Part shown: in pieces, positions 53,143 to 63,054 of the stretch
How positions within the stretch are numbered: position 1 is the stretch's first letter
How the letters are laid out: each line of letters starts with the position of its first letter
IMG/VR virus record: IMGVR_UViG_3300034420_000109
Location: 23,977 to 87,976 of that record
Direction: 5' to 3' (one strand)
Length of the DNA stretch: 64,000 nucleotides
Source of the DNA: a virus
Lineage: Duplodnaviria > Caudoviricetes
The notes under the pieces: model-generated
The model's database searches: none
Told to the model about the DNA's origin: nothing
Seen by the model: the letters and a program-made list of their open reading frames with translations, nothing else
Translations under genes and position numbers: made by a program

Positions 53143-55061
53143 TCGCCCTCCTCGTCAGCCCCCGCCCCGGCACCGACCCCGGCGCGGGCCCTCGCTGCGT
53201 CCAGGGTTTCATAGGGCTTCTCGGAGCCGGTCAGTTCCTGCAGCCGCTTAGAGACGTCCGCGCCGACGGCGCCGCCAGGGCCCCCAGCTTCGCCACCAGC
53301 ACCCGCCTCGTCCTCCATGCCACCATCCCCGGCGGGGACGGAGAGCACGGCCTGGAAGAGGGCGCCGAGGGCCGGGTTGAGCGGGGACTCTTCGAGGATG
53401 GGGGAGGGATAGGCGTTGAACCCGCCCCACAGCTTCCGGCCCTCACCCAGCGTGGCCACCTGGCCGATGCGCGTGAACTCGGCCTGCTGCATCGAGGCGT
53501 CCGCGGGCAGATCACCGAACCAGCCCAGCGGGTGGGCGGGCATGTCGAACAGGGCCCGGACCTCGTTGATGGTCATGTGGCGCAGCTTTTCCTGCCACCG
53601 CTCCTGGGAGTTCTGGACGTCCAGGCCGGTGAACTCGAGGCGCAGCCGGTCGGAGAACCGGGACACGATTTCATCGGTCATGAAGGAGGCGACGTCCTTC
53701 AGCAGCGGGTGGAGGCCCTTGTCCTTCGCCGCCGCCAGCTTTTCCGCCGTGTCGTCGCCCGAGAGCGAGGATTTGTCGGAGGTGAAGCCCTCGAAGCCGA
53801 CCTCCTCGGGGGACACGCCGAAGATGGCGCCCATGACGGTCATGTTCAGGGTGATCCATTTCGAGAAGGCCATCTCGTCGAAGGGCTGGCCGGTGTTCAG
53901 ATACTGCACGCCGCCCTGCTGGCCGCGAGAGAAGAGGACCGGGACACCGAACTGGTTCTGCACGCCGCGGACCTTGGCGGCCCATGCGGACTTGAAGGCC
54001 TCCTGGGTGCGGACGTCATAGTTCCCGTAGGCCATGAGGATGCCGCGGGGGACGGCGTTTTCATTCAGGCCCTGCTTGGTGAAGGTCACGGCCTGGATGA
54101 TGTTGTTGAGGGTGTCCAGGGACTGCTCGAATTCGGAGTAGCCATAGCCGTTCTCGTCGGCCCAGGTGGAGGCGTTGCGGACGAAGATCGCAAGTTCATC
54201 GAAGCCGAACGGGATCTCCGCGCGGCCGTTCAGGATCTGGAAGGCGTAGACCGGGCGGCCGTCGTTCAGCTTCTCGTTGTAGTCGGGTGAGGCCAGGGCG
54301 AAGGTGTCGGAGGGGCGGACGAACCAGGAGTCGAGGCCACGGGAGACGCCGTGCAGCCCGACCAATTCCACAGCCGCGTTGTCCAGCACCAGGCCGTCGT
54401 CCACCAGGAACCGCAGGAACTGGGTCATGCCCTGGCGCTTCAGTTCCCGGCGCTTGGAGGCACCGAACTCCCTGCCGCCACATTCGATGACCCGCGTGAG
54501 CCAGCGGATCTCGTCCTTCAGCCCTTCGCCCAGGGATGCCTCCTCTTCGTGCATCGAGAGGCGCCAGCCGATATCGTCGATGGAGCGGGAGGGGCGGGAG
54601 AAGCGATCCACCTGGCGCTTGCGGGTCCGGATGATGGCCTGGGCGACCTCGAGGCGACGAGAGAAGGCCCGGAGGATTGGCAGCTGCACCCCGCGCTTCG
54701 GAAGCCACTTGAAGTAGCCGCGGCCCCAGTCTGAGCCCCAGGAGGTGGTCTGCGCCTTGCCCTCGCGCGACACGAGGTTGTCCTGGCCGTTCACCAGGCG
54801 AATCGCCTTCGCAACCCCGGCCTCCGCGTGGCGCTCCGACCGCTGCAGGTCGGCGAACTGGGTCATCAACTCCATCATGGAGGGGGAGACGCCAGCCCCG
54901 GCGTTGGCCCCATAGATCCGCATGAGGCGAGTGTTCGCATCCTCCACCTCGTCGATGGGGGCGCGCGGATCGTAGGCGGTCGCGGCCTCCGGGCCCAGGT
55001 GCTCGAAGCCGGACTTGGTGGGGAAGAATTCAGCCCGGCCGCCGTTCGTGGGGTCCTGCAT
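53139..55061 (-). CDS. Portal protein (SPO1-like)
   Basis: GYGYSEFEQSL...FTKQG...PRGIL; DEMAFSKWI...IFGVSPEEVGF; KDKGLHPLL...TINEVR; RBS ggagg before ATG 55061. Confidence 0.9.
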   Translation of the reverse strand: MQDPTNGGRAEFFPTKSGFEHLGPEAATAYDPRAPIDEVEDANTRLMRIYGANAGAGVSPSMMELMTQFADLQRSERHAEAGVAKAIRLVNGQDNLVSREGKAQTTSWGSDWGRGYFKWLPKRGVQLPILRAFSRRLEVAQAIIRTRKRQVDRFSRPSRSIDDIGWRLSMHEEEASLGEGLKDEIRWLTRVIECGGREFGASKRRELKRQGMTQFLRFLVDDGLVLDNAAVELVGLHGVSRGLDSWFVRPSDTFALASPDYNEKLNDGRPVYAFQILNGRAEIPFGFDELAIFVRNASTWADENGYGYSEFEQSLDTLNNIIQAVTFTKQGLNENAVPRGILMAYGNYDVRTQEAFKSAWAAKVRGVQNQFGVPVLFSRGQQGGVQYLNTGQPFDEMAFSKWITLNMTVMGAIFGVSPEEVGFEGFTSDKSSLSGDDTAEKLAAAKDKGLHPLLKDVASFMTDEIVSRFSDRLRLEFTGLDVQNSQERWQEKLRHMTINEVRALFDMPAHPLGWFGDLPADASMQQAEFTRIGQVATLGEGRKLWGGFNAYPSPILEESPLNPALGALFQAVLSVPAGDGGMEDEAGAGGEAGGPGGAVGADVSKRLQELTGSEKPYETLDAARARAGVGAGAGADEEGE

Positions 55062-55062
55062 T

Positions 55063-57144
55063 TCAACCTCCGAGGAAGACCCGACGGGGGGCCACGTCGT
55101 CATTGTAGCCGCCATCCCGGGGCTCCCAGGGAGGACCGCAGCTGGGATCGGTGTCCTTGATGGCCCAAGACTGCAGCCCGCAGATCAGCTGCCCGTTTCG
55201 GTCCTGCCGGTGCAGGCAGTTCCCGCAGCGGGGGACGAGAGATTCAGACCCGCGCGCCTCGGCCCGCATGTCCGCGATCATGGACAGGGCGGGGTGGAGA
55301 ACCGCAGGTGGGGCCTCGCCGGGATCCAGGCGGTGGACGATCTCGGCAGGCTGGCCGAGGGCGAAGCCAGGAGGGGGCGCAGGCGGGGCAGGAGCGGGGG
55401 GCTGCTTACCCAGTGGCAGGTTTGCATCGTCGGCGCCGCGCAGCACCCCAGAGCCGCCCCAGGCCTTCGCTCCGATGGTGCAGATATAGACTCCAATGGC
55501 CTTCTCCATGATCCGGTCGTCGTGCCGGAGGGGCATGGCCTCGGCCTTCCCGGTGGGGGAGTAGACGAAGACCATGGCCTCGCGCCACAGGCCCGGGTCC
55601 GGGCACGGAAGAGCGTCCCGCTTGATGACTTCCTTTAGGGCGTCCACCACCAGCGGCCGGGTGGTGATGTTCATCGGAAACCCGAGCTTCAAGAAGGACT
55701 GGCCCTGGGAGTCGTATTCCAGGTGCCGGTAGAGGTTCGGATACTGGGCTTCCTCGAGGGCATAGAGCACGACGTGACCGTGGTTGTTCCGCTCCACGAC
55801 GATCAGGGCGTCGTTGAACTCGTGGCCCAGGGCCGCGATCCGCCGGGCGAACTCGGGCGGATCCAGGCGGCCGTGGATGGCCGCCACGGTTCGGAGGGTG
55901 GCGGCGTCCTGGATGGAGAAGGAGGAGTAGTCCGTGCCCCCGATTTCCGCAGCGGCATCACCCTCGCCCTTGTCGATGCCCTCGGCGGGATCCGCGGACC
56001 CGACGTAGAGCGCGCCGGGTTCGGGGCGGGCCCAGATGGTGGTGAATTCGTCCCTCTTTTCCACAGGCACGGCGGCCTTGGCAAGGTCCCAGTTCCGGGC
56101 CACGGTGACGAGGTGGAAGACCGGGCGCCCGGAGGACAGGAACGCGTCCAGGATGGTGGCCGGATACTCCTGCCGGAAGGAATCGACGGAGCCGGTCATT
56201 TCCATGATCTTCGCCCGGCGCCAGGCCAGGGCTTCGAGGGTGACCCCGCGCTCGAGAACCAGTTCCCGCTCGTCCTTTTCCAGCGTGACCTCGAGGACCC
56301 GGCGCTCGTCCGGGGTCAGGGGGTTCGCATATTCCGGGTGCGCGAACCAGGGATAGAACACCAGGCGGTAGGAGCCGGAGCCACCCAGGGCCGCGTCCAC
56401 CATGTCCTTGTAGTGGTTGAACCCGTTCGCCGTCGATTCGAGCAGGATGTTCCCCGAAGCGGGCACGGCCTGGAAGACGCCACGGACAAGCTCGAGCCAA
56501 TTGGTGTAGAACGCGGCCTCGGAGCAGTGCAGGTTGTGGACCGTGATGCCGCGGAGGTCGAAGCCCGCGGCCGTGTGGACCATGAAGGAGGACGGGGGCC
56601 GGTTGATCGGGTCCACGTTCCCGTCGGCGTCCAGGAACTCCAGTTCGAGGTGGAGGGCGGAGGCCCGGCGGAGGCGGACGAACCGACGCATCTCCGCGGG
56701 CAGGCCCTCGTAGAAGGCCCGGTAGATTTCGAGCACCTTCTGGGAGACCTTGTCCAGGTGGGTGAGGACCAAGCAGTTCCGGCCCGGGTTGAACAGGCCA
56801 TCGCAGAAGAAGAGGGCGGCCAGGAACGTGGTGAAGCCCAGCTGCCTGGGCTTGAGGATCAGATCCCGGATGCCCCGGAACACGTCCACCCCTGGCTGCA
56901 GGCGGTGGCGCAGGCGCAGGCCCGCCAGGTAGTCCATCTGGATCGGGTTGAAGGCGAAGGGGGCCAGACCACCCTCGGTTTCCTTCGGCCGGATCCAGAG
57001 GCTCGAGGCGGCGAAGTAGTCCACCTTGGACCCCAGCACCCGGGCACGCTCGGAAGGGTCAGCGGGAAGGGTTTCGAGCTTCGCGTTGGCCGTCAGCTTC
57101 AGGCGGCGGACGACGGGTGAATCGTGGGGCCCGATGTCGATCAC
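55063..57144 (-). CDS. terL: Terminase large subunit with C-terminal extension
   Basis: ILKPRQLGFTT (Walker A), NLHCSEAAF (Walker B), LESTANG, SADPAEG, IVVERNNHG, HDDRIM. Confidence 0.95.
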   Translation of the reverse strand: MIDIGPHDSPVVRRLKLTANAKLETLPADPSERARVLGSKVDYFAASSLWIRPKETEGGLAPFAFNPIQMDYLAGLRLRHRLQPGVDVFRGIRDLILKPRQLGFTTFLAALFFCDGLFNPGRNCLVLTHLDKVSQKVLEIYRAFYEGLPAEMRRFVRLRRASALHLELEFLDADGNVDPINRPPSSFMVHTAAGFDLRGITVHNLHCSEAAFYTNWLELVRGVFQAVPASGNILLESTANGFNHYKDMVDAALGGSGSYRLVFYPWFAHPEYANPLTPDERRVLEVTLEKDERELVLERGVTLEALAWRRAKIMEMTGSVDSFRQEYPATILDAFLSSGRPVFHLVTVARNWDLAKAAVPVEKRDEFTTIWARPEPGALYVGSADPAEGIDKGEGDAAAEIGGTDYSSFSIQDAATLRTVAAIHGRLDPPEFARRIAALGHEFNDALIVVERNNHGHVVLYALEEAQYPNLYRHLEYDSQGQSFLKLGFPMNITTRPLVVDALKEVIKRDALPCPDPGLWREAMVFVYSPTGKAEAMPLRHDDRIMEKAIGVYICTIGAKAWGGSGVLRGADDANLPLGKQPPAPAPPAPPPGFALGQPAEIVHRLDPGEAPPAVLHPALSMIADMRAEARGSESLVPRCGNCLHRQDRNGQLICGLQSWAIKDTDPSCGPPWEPRDGGYNDDVAPRRVFLGG

Positions 57145-57147
57145 CGG

Positions 57148-57543
57148 CTACCGCCCCGGAACCTGGGCGCCGCGGTTCCAGGGGCCCCGCCAGGAGTCGA
57201 TGGCCTCCAGGAGCGCGGGCACGCAGCCGTCGAAGCGCAGGGCGCGGTCGTCGATGTAGAGTTCCGCGGGCAGCTTCTCGGAGGAGATTTCCATCCCCAG
57301 GGGGAAGCCGTGCTCCACCAGCCAGGCCTCCATGGCGGCATGACCGACCGGATACCGGGCCCTGGAGGAGCACACCGACAAGGTCCAGCCAAGGGCGGCC
57401 AGCCGGTGCAGGGCGGCGGCCATGCCGGGCACGGGCGGATCAGCGATGACCTCCGGGCCCTGCCAGCCCGAGGTGTAGGAGTGCAGCACCCCGTCAAAGT
57501 CGAACGAGAGGCGCTTCTGGGAGTAGGAGGACTGGCCGGTCAC
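57148..57543 (-). CDS. HAD-superfamily phosphatase/nucleotidase
   Basis: SFDFDGVLH (DxD) and YIDDRA. Confidence 0.75.
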   Translation of the reverse strand: MTGQSSYSQKRLSFDFDGVLHSYTSGWQGPEVIADPPVPGMAAALHRLAALGWTLSVCSSRARYPVGHAAMEAWLVEHGFPLGMEISSEKLPAELYIDDRALRFDGCVPALLEAIDSWRGPWNRGAQVPGR

Positions 57544-57546
57544 GGG

Positions 57547-58272
57547 TCACCTCGAGGCAAGAGCCGGGGGGAGGGGGGAGGGGGCGTCGTAGGGATCGGC
57601 CGCGGGCGCGGCGAACTGCCTGGCCCCCACCAGGGTCGCCCAGAGGTTCCCGGCTGGAGCCCCGCCAACGGGGGCCGGGCCCTCGGGAGCGGCATTGTTC
57701 ACCTGGACAATGAGCCCGACACGAGCGGCGGCCTCCGGGGAGGGAACACCCACCGCATCCCGGGCGATGGCGAGCCCGGCCTTTGTCGCAGCAGCGGCCT
57801 GGAGGGTGGTGCTGGGGCTGGGGCGACCATTGAGCATCCCGGTCGCCTCTTCCACGATCCGGGCACCATTCTGGAAGGACCTCATGCGAACAACCGCAAG
57901 AACACCAGACATTTGCCGATTAAGATCTGTCGTCCGTTCCGAATTCCAGATATCCCGAGCCACCTGCTGCTGGGCCACCCAGCCGTCCTGCCCAGAGCGT
58001 TCGCGGACGGTCACCGGATCGCATCCAAACTTGGTGGAAACGTCGGCCAGTGTGGGCCATTTCGCTGACCCGCCATCACTCGATACTGTCGGCGTCATGT
58101 AGGCCGCCTTCATTTCCTCCCAGGGCAGGCTTGCCCGAGGAGAACGAGGATGGGGAGGCGGAGGAGGAGCACCACCAACCCCCAGCTTGGCAAGCTGTGC
58201 CGGGGTCGCCGTAGGGGTTTTTTTCCGGGTTGAAACAACCGGAGGGACGGGGGTGGGATGGGTTTCAGGCAT
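57547..58272 (-). CDS. Terminase small subunit-like HTH protein
   Basis: WEEMKAAYM...TLADVSTKFGCDPVTVRERSGQDGWV; upstream of terL. Confidence 0.65.
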   Translation of the reverse strand: MPETHPTPVPPVVSTRKKTPTATPAQLAKLGVGGAPPPPPHPRSPRASLPWEEMKAAYMTPTVSSDGGSAKWPTLADVSTKFGCDPVTVRERSGQDGWVAQQQVARDIWNSERTTDLNRQMSGVLAVVRMRSFQNGARIVEEATGMLNGRPSPSTTLQAAAATKAGLAIARDAVGVPSPEAAARVGLIVQVNNAAPEGPAPVGGAPAGNLWATLVGARQFAAPAADPYDAPSPLPPALASR

Positions 58273-58338
58273 GGGTTAACCCAGGAAGGGGTTGCCAATC
58301 AGGGGCGACACTACAGATGATGGCAGCAGGGAGCCTGA

Positions 58339-58914
58339 ATGCCTGCAATCTTGGGACAGCCCGTGATGGCGAGACGACGCCGGGTGGTGATCGAATGCCG
58401 CCAATGCGGGACCAAGGTCGAGCGCAGGGTGTGTGAGGCAGACCGCCCGTTCTGCAGCAAGACATGCTTTCATGCCCACAAACGAGCCCAGATGAAGTGC
58501 AAGGGATGTGGGGCGGCCTTCGCTCGGCCAAGGTCCATCGGCGGGGAGTTCTGCAGCCGGGAGTGCGCCTTTGGGTGGCGCCGAGGGGAGAACCACGCGG
58601 GGTGGAAGGGGGGCGTGGCCCAGACGAACGAGAGGGCCCGCAACAGCGGACGCCTCCAAGCATGGAAGCGAGCCGTCAAGGCGCGAGACGGGCACCGATG
58701 CCGCGAGTGCGAGGGCAAGAACCGCCTTCACGCACACCACATCAAGCCGTGGGCGGAGTTCCCGGACCTTCGGTTCGACCTGGAGAACGGAAAGACGTTG
58801 TGCGAGAAGTGCCATAGCAAGGTCCACGGGCGATGGGTGGGGAAGGGTGTCAGGCCGGAGGAGGGATACGAACAGCCGTCTGGCCCGTCGCCTCTTCCCA
58901 CCTTTGGACAATGA
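58339..58914 (+). mobile_element. HNH homing endonuclease with tandem treble-clef Zn fingers
   Basis: CRQC...FCSKTC and CKGC...FCSREC; AHHIKPWAEFPDLRFDLENGKTLCEKCH; antisense to neighbours. Confidence 0.9.
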
Positions 58915-60193
58915 CATCGCAAAAACGGGGATCAATTTCTAGGGTGAGGCAAGACCGGCCGAGAATCTCGCAGGTCATGAGGGTGGAGCCGGAGCCGCCG
59001 AAGGGGTCCAGCACGAGGAACCCGGGCTTGGAGGAGTTCAGCAGGGGGCGGTGCAGGAGTTCGACAGGCTTCTGGGTGGGGTGGACATAGCCGGTTTCCC
59101 GGGCCACGGACCAGACGGTGGTCTGGGAGCGGTCGCCCTCCCACCAGGGGGAGTTCCCAGCCTTGAAGGCGTAGTAGGCGGACTCGTGGGCCGGGCAGTA
59201 GACCAGGGGGACCTCGCCCTCGCGCGCGGCCTGCAGGATGGGCTCGTGCTTCCATTTGTATTGAGCGAAGCCGAAGGATGCGGCGTTCTTGACCCAGATG
59301 ATCTGGGCCCGGACCTCGAGCCCGGAGCGGTTCAGAGCGGTCTCGAAGGCGATGTGGAACCGGGAAGGGTAGAAGACGTAGAAGGCGGCGCGCTTCTCCG
59401 TGTGGATGGAGACCTGGCGGAAGACGGCATCCAGGAAGGCCTGGAAGGCCTCGTCGGACATGGCGTCGTTCTTGATGGAGGCGGTGCCGTCGGCCTTGAG
59501 CCCAGCGGCCGAGGATTCATAGGCGACGTTGTAGGGGGGGTCGGTGACGACCAGGGCGGCCCGGCGGCCGTCCATGAGGCGGTTCCAGTCGTCCGGATCC
59601 GTCGAGTCACCGCAGAGCAGCCGGTGGGACCCAAGGATGATGAGTTCCCCGCGGACGGTGCGGGCGACGGCCGGGAGGGGCGGGGCAGCCTCGGGGTCCA
59701 CGCCGGGCTTGATGGTGGTCTTGGGCCCCCCGAGAAGGGCGTCGAGGGCACCCGGTGCGAAGCCGGTGGCCTCGAGGTTCCAGCCGGAGGTGTCGAGTTC
59801 GACCATCACGCTCTGCAGCACAGGCAGGTCCCAGGAGGACAGGTCCGTGAGCCGGTTGTCCGCGACGGCATAGGAGGCGGCCTGCTGGTCCGAGAGCCTG
59901 GCCCAGACGACAGGGACCTCGGGGTCCGTGCCCGGGGGGGCCAGGGAGAGCAGGGCGAGGCGGGTGCCATGGCCCGCCACGATCCGGCCGGAGCCCTCCT
60001 GCAGCATGATGGGCCGGATGTAGCCGTGGGCCCGGATGGACTCAGCCAGCAGCCGGACCTGCTCGGAGTCGTGGGCCCGGGGGTTCTGGTCCCAGGGCAC
60101 GAGTTCAGAGAGGCGGAGCTTCCCGGGGTGGGCCCGGCCCAGGAGCGCCTCGAGTTCGGGGGAGGTGAGGGGGGAGGGCTGGGGGGGGATCAC
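58850..60193 (-). CDS. ParB-N-fused N4/N6 DNA methyltransferase
   Basis: NPRAHD...IVAGHGTR (ParB-like); LCGDS, VTDPPYNV, HPTQKPV, VLDPFGGSGST. Confidence 0.95.
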   Translation of the reverse strand: MIPPQPSPLTSPELEALLGRAHPGKLRLSELVPWDQNPRAHDSEQVRLLAESIRAHGYIRPIMLQEGSGRIVAGHGTRLALLSLAPPGTDPEVPVVWARLSDQQAASYAVADNRLTDLSSWDLPVLQSVMVELDTSGWNLEATGFAPGALDALLGGPKTTIKPGVDPEAAPPLPAVARTVRGELIILGSHRLLCGDSTDPDDWNRLMDGRRAALVVTDPPYNVAYESSAAGLKADGTASIKNDAMSDEAFQAFLDAVFRQVSIHTEKRAAFYVFYPSRFHIAFETALNRSGLEVRAQIIWVKNAASFGFAQYKWKHEPILQAAREGEVPLVYCPAHESAYYAFKAGNSPWWEGDRSQTTVWSVARETGYVHPTQKPVELLHRPLLNSSKPGFLVLDPFGGSGSTLMTCEILGRSCLTLEIDPRFCDVIVQRWEEATGQTAVRIPPPA

Positions 60194-60735
60194 GGGATCT
60201 CCTCGATCACAACGTCGCCGTGGGCCAGGATGCCGAGGGGGTGGTTCAGCACAACCACGAAGGCGTCCGGGTCCAGGGGTTCACCGTTCTGCAGAAGGCG
60301 GTAGCGCGCGGGGCCAGCCTCCAGGATCGAGTCGAGTTCCCCGCGGGTGGGCGGGTTCCCCCCCAAGAGGATGCGGCCCGGGAGGCGGACGAAGGCGAGA
60401 TCCTGGCGCCAGAGCTTCCTGCAGGCGATCCAGGCCAGGGCGGCGGCGTAGGTCAGGCGGCCCGCGACGGTGATGGGCTGAAGCTCGGGCGGGACGTTCC
60501 GCAGGGCATAGCCGAAGACGTGGGGGGTGGCATTGAGGCAGAGCCGGAAGCGCCGGAGGCGGGCCGGAGCCCAGGAGCCGAGGCGTCCGGCCCGGGCGGC
60601 CTGGACGGGCGAGAGCCTCCCCGCCAGCGCGTCAGCCAGGCGCTGGTCCGCCGAGGAGCGCCTGGTGGGGCGGAAGACCGGCGCGGTCTCGCGCTCCCGG
60701 GCCCCGAAAGGGGTGCTCTCAATGAGAACGGACAT
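60190..60735 (-). CDS. Hypothetical protein
   Basis: RBS ggag; coupled to the methyltransferase. Confidence 0.5.
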   Translation of the reverse strand: MSVLIESTPFGARERETAPVFRPTRRSSADQRLADALAGRLSPVQAARAGRLGSWAPARLRRFRLCLNATPHVFGYALRNVPPELQPITVAGRLTYAAALAWIACRKLWRQDLAFVRLPGRILLGGNPPTRGELDSILEAGPARYRLLQNGEPLDPDAFVVVLNHPLGILAHGDVVIEEIP

Positions 60736-60743
60736 GGGTGCTC

Positions 60744-61049
60744 CTAGAAAAGACGGGGCTCGGGTGGAGCCGAGGGAGGGGCAGGCTTCGCCGCTTTGGG
60801 GGCTGGGTGGGGCGCGGGGGCCCCGAGTGGGGTGGCACGAGCCTGGGCGGGAGCCGGGGGCTTGTCGAGCGCCGTGGCGAGCGCCAGGGTTCCCATGTCC
60901 ACCCAGGGGAGGGCGTAGCCCTCGAGCCGGGCCAGCCAGCCGCAGGGGACACCCTGGTAGGGCCGAACCTCCTGCACCTTGAACCGGCGGCCAGGGGTGA
61001 AGGACACCGAGACCCAGGTGCCCGTCGGGAAGGGGGGTTCAGAGGACAC
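60744..61049 (-). CDS. Hypothetical protein
   Basis: SH3/KOW-like N-terminus and Pro-rich tail. Confidence 0.45.
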   Translation of the reverse strand: MSSEPPFPTGTWVSVSFTPGRRFKVQEVRPYQGVPCGWLARLEGYALPWVDMGTLALATALDKPPAPAQARATPLGAPAPHPAPKAAKPAPPSAPPEPRLF

Positions 61050-61431
61050 GGATCACCCGGCGGCGGCGGTTCGAGGTTGGGGCGGCGTAGGCCCGGAGGC
61101 GGAAGGTGGCATAGGCCATGGGGACCAGGCCCGCGGCCTCGGCCTGGGCGGTGTAGGCGGAGTAGAGGTCGGCCAGCTTCGCCTGGGAGAGCCTTCCGGG
61201 CTCGTCCTCGTCGCCGGGCGGCGCGCCCATGATGAGCCGGTCGGCGATCTGCCAGTTCAAGAGCCGGTCGTGGTGGACCTTGAGGGAGACGAGGTCCAGG
61301 CGGAGGGATCCGGTCTCGCCCATCTGAGCGATCAGGCACCGGGAGAGGTCCAGGGTGGTGATGTCCTGGCCCCCGGCCGATTTCACAGCCTCTTGGATCC
61401 GGCGCAGGGTGACGACGGGAGAACCGGACAT
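61039..61431 (-). CDS. Hypothetical protein
   Basis: Start placed at MSGSPVV (RBS ggagg). Confidence 0.5.
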   Translation of the reverse strand: MSGSPVVTLRRIQEAVKSAGGQDITTLDLSRCLIAQMGETGSLRLDLVSLKVHHDRLLNWQIADRLIMGAPPGDEDEPGRLSQAKLADLYSAYTAQAEAAGLVPMAYATFRLRAYAAPTSNRRRRVIRVL

Positions 61432-61544
61432 GGGCCCACCTCCACCGCCAGAGTATCGGGACGGGGAGGGTCCGGCAACAGGGGGCCACGCAGAGAAAGC
61501 ACGGGCCCCGCGTGGGGGCCCGAACCGAGAGCGGGGTGGGGGAG

Positions 61545-62021
61545 TTAAAAGGGAACAGGCAGGAAGTCGCAGAGCAGGGGCCCGCGGCAATTCGGACAGG
61601 GCAGGTCCAGGCGGGCCACCAGGTGCTCGGCATGGGTGTGGGTCTCCGGGCACCCATCCATAGGGCAGAGCCAGCTGACTGGAACCTGGGGGCCGTCGGG
61701 ATCCCGAAGCACAGGGGAGGGATCTGGGCCAGAGACGTGCCCAAGGGAGGCGGAGAGCGCGGCGTAGCGGTTCACCTTCTCCACCTTGGCGGCCACCTTG
61801 TCCGGATCGGCGAGGAACCCCAGGGCGGCCTCATCGTTCAGCATCGCCACGATCCCGAGGAGGTCGTTCAGTTCGCCGTGGATCCGATCCCGAACGGTGA
61901 GGGGCGCCACCTTCTCCCAGACGTCGTCCAGGCCGAACTGGGCGGCCTTGAGGGCGATCTGGGAGACCTCGGCGGCCTCTTCGGCGAGCTTCAACAACAG
62001 CAGCTGGGGGCGGGTCATCAT
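61545..62021 (-). CDS. MazG-like nucleotide pyrophosphohydrolase domain with C-terminal Zn motif
   Basis: LAEEAAEV...GELNDL; CPMDGC...CPNC. Confidence 0.65.
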   Translation of the reverse strand: MMTRPQLLLLKLAEEAAEVSQIALKAAQFGLDDVWEKVAPLTVRDRIHGELNDLLGIVAMLNDEAALGFLADPDKVAAKVEKVNRYAALSASLGHVSGPDPSPVLRDPDGPQVPVSWLCPMDGCPETHTHAEHLVARLDLPCPNCRGPLLCDFLPVPF

Positions 62022-62448
62022 GGGGGGGCTCCAGGGTTAAGAGAGGGCTTCGTCGAGCCCGCAGGTGCAGAGCATGCCAGTGGCGGCCGGGCAGCCGGGG
62101 GAGTGGGTGATCCACTTCGAGAGTTCCGCCTGGCGGCGCAGGGCGCCATGGCCGAGAAGGGCCGCGACAACAGCCAGCTGCTCACCCTGAGACGAGGCCG
62201 AGACAAAGCGGCGGACGACCCCAAGCGGATCTAGAAAAAGCTGCCCATCCCGAACCTGCATGGGGAGATCCAGGGAAAAGGGGACGTCCGGGGCCCGGGG
62301 CTCCGGATTCTCGGGCGGGTAGACCCGCTCGGCCGCGATCCGGAAGAGGCTCCCATTCCCCATGGATGAGGCCACGGAGGAGGGCCTGGGTGGAAAGGTC
62401 GCCGAGGTTGGGGCGTGGAAGATGGCCCCCAGGAGCAGGGCCATGTCG

Positions 62449-63054
62449 TCATCGTGCAGGTGAAGGCGGTCCATCGGGGTCCTCGGGAGAAGGGAGGGGA
62501 AGGAACCGGCCATGGAGCGCGGCGTCGTAAGTCCGGCGGAAGTGATCCGAATCCGGCAGTTCATCGGCAACCAAGGTCGTGCAATCACGGAGAGAGCGGA
62601 GGGGGGCGCGATTGATTTTCCAGGGCGTGGCATTGAAGGCGCTCGGCATTTGCATCCCGTCGTGCAGGACTTCGTAGATCAAGGGGTTGTTGTGACATTC
62701 GGCGTGAAGAACCATGAGGTTCGAGGGCGCCGAGGTCCCGCCCTTCGCCACGGGGATGATGTGGTGGGCATGCCACGCGCCAACGATCTTCTTGTGGCAC
62801 CACTGGCACTTCCCTTTTTCCTCGAGGAACCGAGCCTCTTTGGTTTCCCGAGAGAAGGCAGCCGCCTCCTTCTTCGTGGAATGCTTCACCTTTTTAGGAG
62901 TGGGCGCGATCAACACGACCTCGACGGGCTCTGGCTCGGGGTGCCCATAGATTCGATTGAGAGCAGCATCCGTGCGGGGATTCCGGGGCATCGCGGCCAC
63001 AGCGTCAATTCCACCAAGATCCCCGTCCCACCGACCAAAAGCGCCCATCTTCAA
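62449..63054 (-). CDS. HNH endonuclease
   Basis: KCQWCH...AHHIIPVAKGGTSAPSNLMVLHAECHN. Confidence 0.85.
   Translation of the reverse strand: MKMGAFGRWDGDLGGIDAVAAMPRNPRTDAALNRIYGHPEPEPVEVVLIAPTPKKVKHSTKKEAAAFSRETKEARFLEEKGKCQWCHKKIVGAWHAHHIIPVAKGGTSAPSNLMVLHAECHNNPLIYEVLHDGMQMPSAFNATPWKINRAPLRSLRDCTTLVADELPDSDHFRRTYDAALHGRFLPLPSPEDPDGPPSPAR

Noticed and set aside
58276-58935. 219-aa minus-strand ORF between the methyltransferase and TerS
   Set aside because: It is the antisense of the HNH gene.
59900-60193. ParB as evidence for a phage-plasmid
   Set aside because: It is the usual N-terminal fusion on phage methyltransferases; no parA, rep gene or iterons are in the window.
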